Shown: positions 1 to 14,935 of the stretch, one piece after another
How the letters are laid out: each line of letters starts with the position of its first letter
Numbering within the stretch: the first letter of the stretch is position 1
Assembly (NCBI RefSeq): GCF_000181795.1
Contig: NW_003526944.1
Span: 4,014,934 to 4,078,933 of the forward strand
Direction of reading: 5' to 3'
Origin: Trichinella spiralis
Lineage: Eukaryota
DNA: 64,000 nucleotides
Program-made: the position numbers and the translations under genes
Notes under the pieces: model-generated
The model's database searches: none
What the model was told of the DNA's origin: nothing
Seen by the model: only the letters and a program-made list of their open reading frames with translations

Positions 1-120
1 TATTTGCGAAAAAAACTGTTTCAAACGAGAAACAATTAACAGACATTCTCTTTTCCCTATTTTTTCCTCTGGGAAATTTCAATTTTCATCTAAAAAAGAA
101 ATTCAAAAATCATTACATAC

Positions 121-536
121 CTCGATCAGTTTAGCCTGTGAAACGATGAAAAATCAAATTAATGCAACAGCAGAACACAGGGAGAATGTAGTTCCAACTC
201 GCTTGCGTTACCCCATTTAGAAACAAAATATTATAATTATCTATCAATTGAAAAAGAAAAGCAAATAAAGCAAAATAGAAAATTATTAGAAAACAATTTG
301 TCAATCAAGAAAAAAAAAGAAAGTAGTTAATTAAAATGAAGATTGATTTGAAAAGAACGAAATAAAGCATTTATTTCCGTGTTCAATGAAAAAGCTAAAA
401 AATCTAATTTACAAATATTGCAATATTTATGCTATTTTTTGTTATCACTGAAGTGAAAAGAGAGAGAAAGATGAAAGAAAAATATAAGCAAACTAAAAAT
501 TAGTAACATGCAGCAGACAGACTTCCTCGTAGTAAT
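121..536 (-). CDS. Putative micro-exons (523-536 and 121-135) of a gene running off the left edge of the window
   Basis: Minus strand shows tttcag|ATTACTACGAGGAA|gtctgt and tcacag|GCTAAACTGATCGAG|gtatgt. The phases are compatible and read xYYEE-AKLIE. No product could be identified. Confidence 0.3.
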
Positions 537-1391
537 CTGAAATAATAATAATAATAATGATGTTCACAAAGTTTAAAGTTGCTTGACCTTGGAAAACTTT
601 TAAACACTGACAATTGAAAAGATCCAACTAATAGAATTTCTTACTATTTGATTATTAAACATGGTATACTGTTTTATTTTTACAAATAATTAATAAAAAA
701 CAAGAAAATATGTAAAAAAAATTTCCTAACATTGACATAACTTGCATACTTCAATAATAATAATAATAAAATAATATAACGAGAAGTAAGTGATGAACTT
801 CAAATGAAATGGAATTTGCAAAAAAATAATTGCTAATGTTCCATGTTCCATGCGCAAAGAGTTAATATTGATTTTGATTTCAAGCGCAGCTGGTGATAAT
901 AAACAAATAAAAAAAAACATACAGTTGACGTTGAAACTGCTGTCACAACAGATAGCACAGTCGATCGATCAATAAAAACGTAAAATTCTCATGCTCTGCT
1001 GGCCAATTTGAGGAAGTTGCGCTATTTAAATATTAAAACAAACGAACAAACACAGCCAAAACACATGAAATTAATTGATCACTTAACACACATCTATTCA
1101 AGTTTATTGATGATTAAAATATGAAAAGCAGAACAAACAAATCAAAATTGGACACTCATTGTCCTACCGCTACTGTATCGCTGCTTAAACAACATGTGTA
1201 AAATATTCTAAAGTAAACCCCTTAGGAAGAACAATCACAGCTGCTGCTGATTGGATGAATATTTCAACCAAAAAGAATCACAATTCCCGATTGACAAAAA
1301 GCAAACCTATTCTACGTGTATAATTAAGTTAAAGTACAATTTTTAACTAATGCCTCAATCACATCAACGAATCAAGCCGACTGAAATCAAA

Positions 1392-3217
1392 TCAAGCTTC
1401 ACAGCATTTCAGCGCTTCCACACGCTCTTCAGTCAATTCATCTTGTGTAATTTTCATTTTTGACAGTGCAAAACTGTCCATTGTTAAATTCTTCACAATG
1501 TTCCACTCCTTGGTAGCCGGATCTACAGTAACCGGAAATGAGAAGACAAAACCTTCAGGAACACCGTAAGATCCATCCGAAGGTACTGACATTGACACCC
1601 ACTCACCCTGCAGAATAAATATACACAATTCATTTCATCAATTCATTACAATTCAACAAATACAATTCAATTCAACAAACGAAATTAAATACACAAATTT
1701 CAACTGAACACTTGATAAAAATTTACCATAGCATTAAAAAAAAGTGTATTAACGCTATTTATTTGTTCTTCGCATGTAAAGGAAAAGAAACTATGCAAAT
1801 AAATGGATTTCAATTTTTTTATCCTAAATATAAACTGAATAAGAAAAAAAAATATTCACTTACCGGCTTAGTTCCGTGCAACCAAGTGTACATGTGATCA
1901 CAGGCTCCTTTCGCAGCCGACATTGCAGAGCTAAGTTTGCGCTTTTTGATCACCTCTGCTCCTCGTTTTTGAATAAGCTAATAATCAATCGATTAATAAC
2001 AACACAATAATGATGAATTTTTAATTACACTCAAAAATTCCCCTTGCAACCATGCGTTGTCGTTAACTGCAGCGTATACGTCCGACTCTTTGCCGCCAAT
2101 TTGAACTTTAGCATGCGCGACGTCCGGAAATTGTGTAGCCGAATGATTGCCCCAAATGATGACATTTTTCACGCAACAAATGGGTACTTTGCAACGTTTT
2201 GCAATCTTGAAAAATTTAAATTTTTGAACAATTTTTGTTTTGCACATCAATCTCCTCAACACAGCACGTACCATTGACAATGCACGGTTGTGATCCAGTC
2301 GAGTCATGGCGGTAATATTACGAGCTGGAATCTTCGGCGCCGCATATTTGGCGCAAATCAACGCATTTGTATTGGCCGGATTTCCAACCACCAGAACCTT
2401 GAAAACTCCAGTTTACAGAATCGGAAAATTAAACTTTAAAATTACAAAAAAATAAGTATAATTACAACAGCTGGACCAAAATTAAAAAAAAATTTTTTAA
2501 GCATTTGAATTGTAATCAATCACCAGTTTTGAGAACTAGCTCAAACCAGCATAGCAAACTTTGCATAGTGTAATTTGGACATTCTGTTTACAACACATTG
2601 AGAAAAGCACGAAAAGAATTTAAGCAGGTAGAGAGAGAACATTTGCACTGAACAATCAAACAAATTTCAAATGAACTCACTTTCACCGTCGGCTTGGCGT
2701 ATTTCGCCAACGCCATGCCTTGACTTTTGAAAATTTGCACGTTCGCCTTCAGCAAATCCCTACGTTCCATTCCTTCTTTTCTAGGCATGGCGCCAATCAG
2801 AAACGCCACGTCAATATCTTTGAAAGCTTCAGCTTCATCTGTAGCAATAGTGACACCTACAATTGTGAATATTTGTCACTGACAAATTGCAATTTAATCA
2901 ATTTTTGCACCAGTTGAATTTTAATATACTGCAAAACAATGCAAAAAAAACAAATAATAACAATACTTCGCAAAAGTGGCAATGCACAATCGTCCAATTC
3001 CATAGCCACTCCTTCCAGTGCATCTTTCATTGGAGGAATATCGAGCAGTACCAAATCTACTGGCTTAAATTAACAAATGTTTTCAAAAAATAAATTAAAA
3101 CAAACAAATTCTTCATTTCACTTTATCTGCTCCGAGAACGTCGCCTTTCGCAATCTGCAAAACAATACAATATCCAATTTGACCAGCGGCTCCGGTCACC
3201 AAAATTCGACTTGCCAT
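1392..3217 (-). CDS. MDH1: Cytosolic malate dehydrogenase (multi-exon)
   Basis: N-terminus [16 protein letters not shown] (NAD-binding), then [56 protein letters not shown] and [16 protein letters not shown] introns; stop at 1392. Confidence 0.97.
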
Positions 3218-4699
3218 TGTTAATCAGTGCTGCATTATTGAAATGATTAATGAACAACAACAACTCTATTGCAATGCAATTTCACCTACCTAAAATCAAA
3301 CGATTCAATGTAACGATGAAAAATCACTATGTATAGCTATTCTACAGTATTCATAAATTTACCTTCAAGGACATACTTTCAATTGTGCATTTGCTATTAA
3401 TAAACGTTAAATTCTATGGAACAAATAATCGCTAGATGTAAAATACATTTTAGTCTGTGTAAAATTTCGTCCTTTATTTGTAAGTAAAGAAAAAATATTT
3501 ACATTTTTCAATGAACGATCAGTTTAGGTAAATGCATTCTTTTAATAGTTAAATAAGTAAAAAAAATCAAACAAATCGGAAAATGTTATAAAATTTAACA
3601 CATTCGTAAATTTTAAATGTCAAACAACATTATCAAGCATGATCATCAAAAATTTGATCAAACTGTAAATGCACATTGTTTACAGCATTTTTTTGTTTAC
3701 ACATGACGTGGCACTATGATTTACAGGTAATATTTTGTTGTCTAGCTTCTGATTGTAAGGAAATTTGATTTGGTAATGTTTATTTATTTTATTTATGTAA
3801 TTTCATAATTTCAACACTATGCAATGCATGAAAATGTAAATTCTGTTTTGCAAATTAAAAATACACAAAGAAATGCGAACATAATGAGAAATTTAATATT
3901 AACATTTTAAATAACAATAAATTTCAATTTCAACAGAAAAATCGATCTTCAAGTGGAAAATAAGTTTTATTCCATTCAAACAGGAAATTGATCACATTAC
4001 TCATTTCAAATGTTGAATTGAATGATTTTTTTTCTTAACAATATTAAAAGTAATTGTTTGAAAATTTCAACAACCATCACGCAATCTTTTGTAAAACAAC
4101 AACAACAGCTCAAATGATTGGCTGGGTTTATATTTTATGCAAATTCAGGAACTGCTTTTATCAATTTCCTGTTCGAAAGAGTATTTGCGAAATGTGAACA
4201 AATAAAAAAGAAAGATGCATACATTCACGAATATTTGAAATGTCGTCATTGTTATTTTACAACCCTGTTGCTTACTTTGAAAAGTGAGCTTTTAAAATAA
4301 ATAATAACTAAATTTAAATCACCGTTGAATTCATAAATATAAGCAAGTGTTGAAAAAAAATTAAATAAAATGATAATAATAATGATGATGAGTCATGATA
4401 TTTCATAATATTTTGCTTATTGCTCGCTCTGATTAGAAATGTATTGTAATGCTGAGCAGTGTGAAAATTATCCGGAAATTATTGCCGACAATGATCCATC
4501 CACCTCTGTTCATCATTTCACAATTGCCATATTTGGAACAATTTGCCTCGGTTAGAGGTGGAAAAATTAGGTAGACAGGTTTATTTTGCATACAATGAAA
4601 AAGCTTAGCTAGTTAATAAAAGTATTATAAATAATATTTGTAATAAAGCGCAGAAAGTGTGGTGAAAATAACAAAGCAATTTTGGCAGAAATCATTGAA

Positions 4700-5237
4700 A
4701 TGCAGACAAAATTCTATTTAGCCATTGTTGGATTTCTTGCGGTGATCTTCAATGTGATCAGTTCAGCAGAGGAGTATCAATTATTGGGCATAGAAGGTAA
4801 AATTCAATGCGGCTCAACTAAACTTCCAAATTTGGACGTTGATTTGAAAGTTAATGGTATGTGGAATTTTTGAAAAATTATAATTTTTCTTTGCAATTTC
4901 ATTTTCCAAGGTGTAACATTGAATCACTTTGAAACGGACAGAGATGGTGAATTTTCATTGGAAGTTGCCGTAAATGATAGTTCATTATTAATAAATCCAT
5001 CAATCAGCATATGGCATACATGTGGAGAACCACTTGAACAAGTAACTGTTTCAACAGAAAATATTTTTTATTATTCAAATTTTTCTTGTTGTTTAGGGAT
5101 GTCACTTTCAGGTGGATTTAGATTTTCCGGATAAGCCTGAAAGTGATGAATCTTATGAAGGAGAACGTTACGATTTTCATACAATCGACTTGAAAGAGCT
5201 TCCAAATAGCAAGCTTGTTTGTGAATCCAGTTTGTAG
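4700..5237 (+). CDS. Transthyretin-like (TTR-52 family) secreted protein, 3 exons
   Basis: Signal peptide MQTKFYLAIVGFLAVIFNVISSA, then GKIQCGS, ETDRDGEFSLE, NPSISIWHTCG and GCHFQVDLDFP...YDFHTIDL, typical of nematode transthyretin-like proteins. Confidence 0.8.
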
Positions 5238-5646
5238 AAATGAATCATCGTTACAAAATTAAAAAATTGAATCTGTAGTTTTCAACTAAAAATAATTCAA
5301 AAATGTTCGCATTGCAATTGTTTGAAGTGATCTTATTTTGTAAATAAATTTCCATTAACCGTTGTCGGTTTTGTTTCATAACTCAACGAATGATTCTTTT
5401 CTTAATTGTAATCATAATAATTTGTTTACAATTGTATTTAAATTATTTTTAAAATTTCAAAACAACTTCTATTGTTCAAGCAATTTGATTAACCGGATTT
5501 TACGACAAAAACTCCCACTCTTCATTCATTCATTCAGAGAATCAACCGTGTAGCGGAAATGGAACCGGTCCTTTGAACCTGAACCTGAACTTTGAAGCAT
5601 ATTAATAAGCATTTTGTTAAAAATTTTGTTCAGTTGAATTTTGAAA

Positions 5647-6212
5647 ATGAACAGAAAAATTATAATCTCTCTTCTACTGTCCACATTGACAATCACCAGC
5701 TTTGGTGAGAGAACTTTTCAACTGCGAGGAATCGTATTCTGCGCTTCAAGCCCTGCGACCAATCTGATGGTGAAAATTTACGATAAACGTCAGCAATACA
5801 AATAAAATTTGTTGTTTGTAAATAATATGTAAATTTTGTTGTATTTTTAGCAATTGATTCAGAATCTCTGCCAAATGAATTGAACAGAACAACAACCGAC
5901 AGCAGTGGATATTTCACACTGGAAGCGACCACTGACGATGACACACCTTTGGAACCGTTTGTGAATATTTGGCACAACTGCTTCGAATCCGTCATGAAGG
6001 TATGCAAAAAAGTGACTAGATGAATTGTAAAAATTTTTTCCCATTCACTAATTTAGCAGCGCTAATTTTAGGGTTGTGATCGAGTGCTGAGAGTTAAAAT
6101 ACCGAAAAATTACATAACTCAAGACAAAGAAAACGTGAACACATTCGACTTGGGAAAAATAAATTTGGAATCTCGATTCGAACACATCCGAGAATGCGAA
6201 TGTGAAGAGTGA
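5647..6212 (+). CDS. Transthyretin-like (TTR-52 family) secreted protein, 3 exons; tandem paralog
   Basis: MNRKIIISLLLSTLTITSFG signal, LRGIVFCASSPATNLMVKIYD, TTTDSSGYFTLEA, LEPFVNIWHNC and GCDRVLRVKIPKNYI...FDLGKINLE. Not in the ORF track because the exons are short. Confidence 0.87.
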
Positions 6213-7244
6213 TTTTTTTTGTTTTTTATATTTAAATTCGTACAATCTGCCAATTATTATCGATGATCATGTTTTGATATAAAAAGAAGTGAATGAATAC
6301 CATCATCAATTTTGAGAAGTGTAAAAATTGTTTCCAAATTAAATAAAGCCAGCATTCGAGCATGAAACTGCTAACTAATTGAAATTGTAGGGAAAATATA
6401 TAATTAGTAGTATTCATTTCAAATTGCTGCTAATTACATACAATTGAAATCAAGTAAACTGAATATAAAACTAGCTTACAGAAAATATTTCAAATCAACA
6501 ACACTAGTTTGTAATATAACAGAGAAGAATATAGAAATTGCCAAAATTACCGAAAAAATAAGTTCACGAATTTGCATATTTTGGAATAGCAAAGATGAAG
6601 GGAAAGAAAAGGCGGAACAGTTGCTTTTCAAATCCGTGACAAGTGCATTTTATTTGCTCAGCAGCTTAACTGAAGATGCATTGACGTGTTGCCTGCCACC
6701 CGCAGTGGCAGAACATCCAAATACGTGAAATAACCCAGACGAGAGCTGTTCTTCCAAATCAACTTTTGTCAGAAAATTCAATTTTCACATTTCACACGCT
6801 GAAACAATAAATTCTCGTTCGAAAGAGTAATTGTTGTCATTTATTAATTTTTTTTGCTTCATATTAAAAATTGATTGGTGGTGGAGATTATTTAATAAGA
6901 GCTTGCTTGCCCAGAGCGTTTCGGTCGCTTTTGCGTATTGTTGGAGCAGAGAATCTAAATCAAAAGCTTCAGAAGTGAAAAAGTTTCCTCATCTAATTTG
7001 CCCATTGCCGCCAGTTTTTCACAATTCGAATCAGCAGTGCATAAAAGCTCTCTTCATCTAGCTGAAATTGATCTCCAAGTGGTCAACCAAGCCGGCTGGT
7101 AGTTAAGACAAAGAACAGCTCGGGTGGCATTTGTGGGGACTGTTGATTTGATTGTTCAAAGCAAATAAACGTACACTCGCCTTTTGATAGGATCAATTTG
7201 ATAACGTTGTATTATTATTGATCCTATGCAAGCCCAAGTCAGGG

Positions 7245-10223
7245 ATGCATTTTCCAACCATGCATTATTCACTGCAACATTTCGTTACTGTCATAATTTT
7301 GTCCGTTGTTTATGATCGACCATTGAATGTTGAGAGTTTGGATTTCAACAATTGGGCAAAAGCACAGATGTCTTGGAAAAAGTATGCTTTAAATTTCAAA
7401 ATTAACAAACAACCACCAATTAATATTTTGGTTCGAATTCTGCAGTGAATACAGCAGTAGCGTGTGGAAATTCAGACCATGGCGTGAGCAGTATATTATA
7501 CGGGAATTGTTGAAAACTTATGATATTAAAACAAGACCCCAGGTGAGTAAAAGTCCTACAACTGACTCAACATCCGGTCCAGACCGTGGTGAGCCCGTGG
7601 TCGTGCACACCGCCCTGATGTTGCAGACGATCAATTCAGTCGACGAAATAAACATGGCAAGTGTAAAAATTAAATCTTCTTTTATCTTTGCTCAAAAATA
7701 TTTATTAATACTTTGATAATTTGAAAAATCCTCAGCTTATTTCATCGAAAAATAATAATAAAAGTTGAACGTGAAGAAAATTTCAAAATAAAAAAGAATT
7801 GATCAGAAAAAGATCATTTAATGAACCAACCAGTTTTTGATTGTTGAAGAAGTAATTATATACTTTCGCCAAATTAGTCATTGATCGAATATTTCTTCAA
7901 TTGAGCATTTTACAAAACGTTCCAACAATTGCAAATAAATAAGTATAATTGCCGATTTAAAGAGAATGAAAATGAAAATTTAAATTCTATCCTTTCACAA
8001 GGAATTCAAAGCAAGATTTCGATTTGAACAACGGTGGACAGATGAGAGATTAAATTTCCACCGTTTCAATGATGAAAATGGGAAAAAAATTGAAAATGTT
8101 CACCTCGCCTATGATCAAGTGATCTGGAAACCCGACACATTTTTCCAAAACGAAAAATCCGGTACATTTCACGTTGTTGACCAGCCTAATTGTTTTGTCA
8201 AAATTTTTCCAGATGGAAAAGTGCTCTACAACGTCAGGTTGTCAGAGCATAATTACATTTATTTTTTATTTATTTACATATATATGTATATCATTGAAAA
8301 TATTTTCTTTTCTACAGAATTGGTATGACTTTCTCGTGCGTGATGAATTTGCACAATTATCCGATGGATACACAGGAATGTGTTATTGATTTCGCGAGCT
8401 GTCAGTTAGTTGTGAGGTAGAATACAAGAATGATCAATTACAAAAATGTCACTTTTAAGATGGATATACTACTGAAGATATAATTTATGTCTGGGAAGAA
8501 ACACCGATTCACGTCGATCCCCAAGTCACCTCTGTCTTACCGAACATGGCAATAAAAGCAATCACAAATGGCACTTGTACGAGCAAAACGAATACTGGTA
8601 AAAGAATATACACGAAGAAAGAAAAATCACTACTTACTTATTAATAGCTGATTTTGTTTGCTATTTCAGGAGAATACAGTTGCCTTCGGATATCGTTGAT
8701 TTTTGAACGCCAGTTTTCTTTTTTTCTTCTACAACTCTACATCCCGTCCAGTCTGCTGGTCGTTGTGTCCTGCCTTTCTTATTGGATCGACTGGAGAGCT
8801 TCGGCCGGAAGAATGCTACTCACTATTGTCACTCTGCTGACTCTGATCACCCAACATTACAGTAAGATTTCTGTTCGACTAATTTCAAATTTAGTGACCC
8901 AAAAAAATTAATGCGCGCGAAATTAAATTTTTTCAAATTGTATTTATTTTAATTCAAATAATTTTATTATACATTCTTTTTAAATTAAATAAATTTCAAA
9001 TTCAATGTTAAAGATGAAATGTAGTTGACAATAATTACAGTAAACAATTTAGTCATTTGGAAAAATACGATAAATTGCATCAGGTAATTTATTTCTTAAT
9101 ATTCTTTATTAATAAGAATGTTTTCGTATAATTTTGAAGTAAATTTTGCAGCTGTAATGTTTCATAGTGATGATGACGTATTCAAATTGAATGACTGTAA
9201 TATTGTTATATTCAAGTGCGAATAAGTACAACTTTTAAAAAATGAGGCTGACAAAATACAGTGGCGATAGGATTTTAATTTTGAGCAAATAAAATTAAAA
9301 TTTATGAGTGAAAAAGTACATTGTTAGGCGTTAGCGCAAATTTGCCACCAGTTTCTTATGCAACAGCTATCGATGTTTGGGTCGGAGCTTGTGTGGTATT
9401 TGTTTTTACTTCTCTCGTCGAATATGCATTCGTTAACTACATCGGCTTGATACAACAACAAAAAAGAATCGCATCCTCTTATCCCTTTCAACGGCTGTCC
9501 AATGTACAGCAGGATGTATTTGAAAATCTGTGCCAACAATCTACCTCTGGCGAACATCATTCATCACCATCATTTCATGACGAGAAATATGACAAGTATT
9601 CTTATTTTCACTACGTGAGTATACTTTGCTTTTTAAAGAACAATCCATTTGGTTTATCTTTTCTATGGAATATTTTAATAATTAATCAAATTAATTTTCA
9701 AGTTTTTTTTAATTTCTATCTTTCAAATGACTTTAAAATGTTTGAACTGTTTCAGTTTTTTCATGGCTTACGTTCACGTAAAAATTCAAGACGTCAGCTA
9801 TCGACGAGTAGAACACAAGCAGTTGATGAATTCAACAATACGGAATCGCTGATAATTAAGTACATCAGAGTTTACTTAAATTCAGTATTTTTATAAATAT
9901 GCAATTAATATATATATAAATTTGCTTTTTGGCGATACTTAACATAGATAGTGCTTGAATTTAGCAATCCAGAATTCAGTGCTGAGGAACCATGTTCGTG
10001 TGTCATGTCGCAAAGAGCGCAACGTCGTTTATATCACCAATTACATCTGCCTGCTTTGGACACTGACTTTTACTTTCTGTGGAATGATCGTGCGGAAAAA
10101 ATAGATTCCATCTTTCGATACTTAATCCCTATTTGTTTTTTCTTCTTCAATATAGTGTATTGGAGTGTTTATTATATTCCAGTGATGCAAGCAAAGATGA
10201 AAAATCAGTTTTCAGCTCGATAG
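7245..10223 (+). CDS. Cys-loop ligand-gated anion channel subunit, glutamate-gated chloride channel (GluCl)-like
   Basis: [12 protein letters not shown], Cys-loop [16 protein letters not shown], loop [16 protein letters not shown]1 [15 protein letters not shown]2 [38 protein letters not shown] and M4 [13 protein letters not shown]. Start codon is approximate. Confidence 0.92.
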
Positions 10224-11061
10224 TATGCTTCAGCATTTTATCAAATTATGTTTCCGTTATTTTACTTTCTACTATGTATATATTTAATCAATTTCATCTG
10301 AAAAGGAACCAGTGCTTTTTCATTTTTGATTCAAAATTAACAGAACGAATGTATAATGTTCTTTCCAATATGTATTTTTCAGCTGCTATGTTTCAAACAC
10401 TAAAAATTCTAATATAAACCTGAAAATCATAAAAATACAGTTTAAACTAATGAAGAAAATTCTTTACCACAAGCCGTAAATTTTAAATTGTTACAAGTGT
10501 TGTGTGATTTTAAATTCGTTTTATTCTAATTAAAATTGCATCAACTTAAAATGGTATAAAAGCATGTTGAATTAGATACTAAAAGCTTCTGTATTTCTTA
10601 GTTTATATTCTTTGATGGTAAACAAAACGTGTTTTATTAGCGAATGTTTATTCGACTAATTGCCAAAATATGTGTTATAAAGTTAATTCTCATCTTAAGC
10701 TAATACGAAAATTTGGAATTTCACAAATAATAATTCGATCAGGAAGCATTTATTTTATTTTAAAGCTTAGTAAACGTGGCGATATTCTTAAAAAAATTGT
10801 CAAATGCGAAAAGGTTACTTCACAGCCATAAACAAATACAATGTGTACGAATCAAATGTCATATAGCAGGTGAGCGATTTTCATTTCAAAATAAAATGTG
10901 CGCAAAGTCTGATTGGTCAACAATGATTATGAAAAATTGTTCGGGGGCAATTTGTAATAAATTAGATGAAACACAGTTGACCATGCATTGTATAATAACA
11001 TTTTTTTAAAAAAAAGTACACCTATAAATAAATGAATATATACAGAACCTCCCTGCCACAC

Positions 11062-13114
11062 CTACGCCGGCTTGAATACAAGAGAGCCGGCCGCATAGCT
11101 GACCGACGAGTCGTGCATTGATCGACAATGATTCGACTGCGAATAGTGCAAAAATTGAAAATCGCCTCGACGATTATTAATTTCATGTAAATGTTCCGTT
11201 GCCTAAATTGATTATACACATATAGACAGATATAATTTTCCAAGTGGAAGAAGAAATATGCCATTTTGAGATTTGTCACCTGCAATAATACGGATATTGG
11301 ATGTCGACCACAGATTGTATTGCCGGTACGTTTTAAATAATCATTGAATGCCGCAGAGTCGAGATTTTCAATAATTTTCATACCTTCACGATCCAATCGC
11401 TCGATGCTGGAATGAATCTCACCACCAGTTTTGTCGTATTTTGTAAAATGAAATCGATGTCCTGAAAAAGTGAAATATGTATGATTCGATGGCAAAGAAG
11501 AAGAAAACCAATTATTGTCTATAGCGTTTGTTTTACTATTCGCAACAGCATTTATTCAAAATCCATTCATTGTTCAATGATAAACGCATAATTTCTATTT
11601 GAACAATTATATATATATATTTACCATTTTTCACAATACATTATTTTCAATTGAACAAAATAAAACCAACCAATAATTATATACGGGACTATTTTTAAAT
11701 TATGAGTTGTGATTAATGATCAGAGAAGCGAGATATATTGCCAAATAGTCAGATTCACTAAAATACTAATTTGTCATTCATGCTTGGGTTCACTTTGTGC
11801 ACGTGAAGTGAATAAAATTGAAGAAAGAATGCAACGGTGAAAACAGAAAGTCAAACAAACAGTGAACAACAATGCCGCAAGTAATTCTTGAAAATTATTT
11901 TTCATCATCAACAATTGATATCTTTCAAAACTGACATAATGGTATTTGGGTGTGAATTATTTGAATGGGAGGAAATTGTTCTGACATTTTCCAATGATAA
12001 AAGCTTTACAAAAATAATAAGTGGCTAATAAAGCTTTTTGGTGGTTTGGGTGTGGGGGGGGACTCATGTAAAAATCAATAGCAAAAAATTGCAAAATTGA
12101 AAACGATCATGCCGCCCATTATAATACATAAACAAAAAGTATTACACAGTTATCGAAAATAGTGAATGAAATTTGTCCCCCTCCTCCCCCCCCCAAAAAA
12201 AAAGAGATTAAGAAAAATAAATCAATGGAACAAAATGAAAAAATGATAAATCTGCTTCACTTACCCCAGTGGCAAAAGTCGGTTGAAATGATGAACAAGT
12301 TTCTATCGTCGGCTAAATAGCGGGATAAAATGCGACCATAAGCAGATTGGCGAGAGGGTGTCAAGCTGCCAACCAAAATTGGAACTATCGTGAAAGCGCC
12401 CTTGCGACTCTGCATGACATGCGCAATGTAAGGCAGCTGCATCTCGATGCTGTGCTCGGCGGTGTCAGTTAGCAATTCCATCTTTTCAAACAGTCCAGTT
12501 TCGATCAGTTCATTGTTCACTGATTTGGAAAAAGCAAAATTTTTTCGATGAAGTTATCATTTTTCAAAAATACTAATATATATATATATTAAAATTTACC
12601 CTGCTGATCGACCGTTAAATTGTAAAAAGGCGTTCCGTAAGAATTGAATTTGCTCACAGCACAGCCTGACAGGCAAACGTGGTGTGAAGGCCCCAAAATA
12701 AATATCCTATCACTAAAAATGACAAATCAATAAAACCAATACTTATTGAAATATTCACTTCCAGTACTTTATCGTTGATAATTAAATTATATACAAAAAA
12801 TAATCAGTGAAAAAAATGAAAAAAAATTTACACTGTATTTGGATCGATTTGCTTATATGCATACGCTGCACTGGCACCGCAGTAGCAGTAACCTGCATGG
12901 CTGAAATTACATACACATCCTCAATAATCTGCTGATGATAGATACTATTAAATTGACTTCTCTCATACGGTGAAATGATTGCTTTTGCTGGACCGTGGTT
13001 AGTCTTCACGGCAGAAAGCCAGTCTTCAAGTTGACTTCTGAGGTCTTCTTCGTTGGCTGAGTACCAACTTCCAGCGTGTGAACAGGGGCGGCAAGATTCT
13101 TTCTGCTTGTCCAT
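11062..13114 (-). CDS. MEMO1: Protein MEMO1 homolog
   Basis: [57 protein letters not shown] and DSSVSYAAG. Confidence 0.96.
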
Positions 13115-13882
13115 TGCTTGTCGACCAATAGGCAGTGAAGCGGATACCAGTACCTGAGCCTTTGACCACACTGAAGTGAACCCGAGGCAAAATTTACAGA
13201 TAAAAATTCAAATGGCTAAATTCGAGCGACGAGTTGAAATCAAAGCAGCTCATCGACGACAAAATAAACCAACAACGCACAGCACCCACTTTAAGAAGGA
13301 GTATTTGTTAGGTTACCGTATTTACTAACAATAAAATCAAGTACAAACGGCATATTCAATAGAGTAAAATTTTTAAGAATTTTAGAGTAAAATTAAGTGA
13401 TTATATTCTAGAATTTCAAAGAAACTCAGACAGAAATTGTATCTACTTTGCAAGTAAAGTAAACAAAGCTTGAGAATGACCTAGACCTTCACTTGATGAA
13501 AATAAAGATTATAAATAATTTTCATTGATCAGTAAAATGACTGGTTAAAACTGTATCCTTGATGTTATACTTCAAAGAGAATTATTAAATGCAAAATTAA
13601 AATAAACGAAACTGACGTTCAAGCTTAATGAATATACTTTTCAAGGCATTCAAACACTTTTTGAGAATTATCGTAACCATTTTTTACTGGTTTTCCAATT
13701 TTTTCACAAATTTTATTAAAATATAAAACAAAAGCATAACAATTATTAAAACATTTCGTGTACGTATTAAAAATACACAACTGTTATTGCATTGTTTTTA
13801 GTAAAAACAAGATTGCGATATTAGATCTGAAAATTCGATACTAATTTTCATTCCAAATTATTTATTGTATAAACGGCTTCTA

Positions 13883-14935
<1,053 letters not shown>

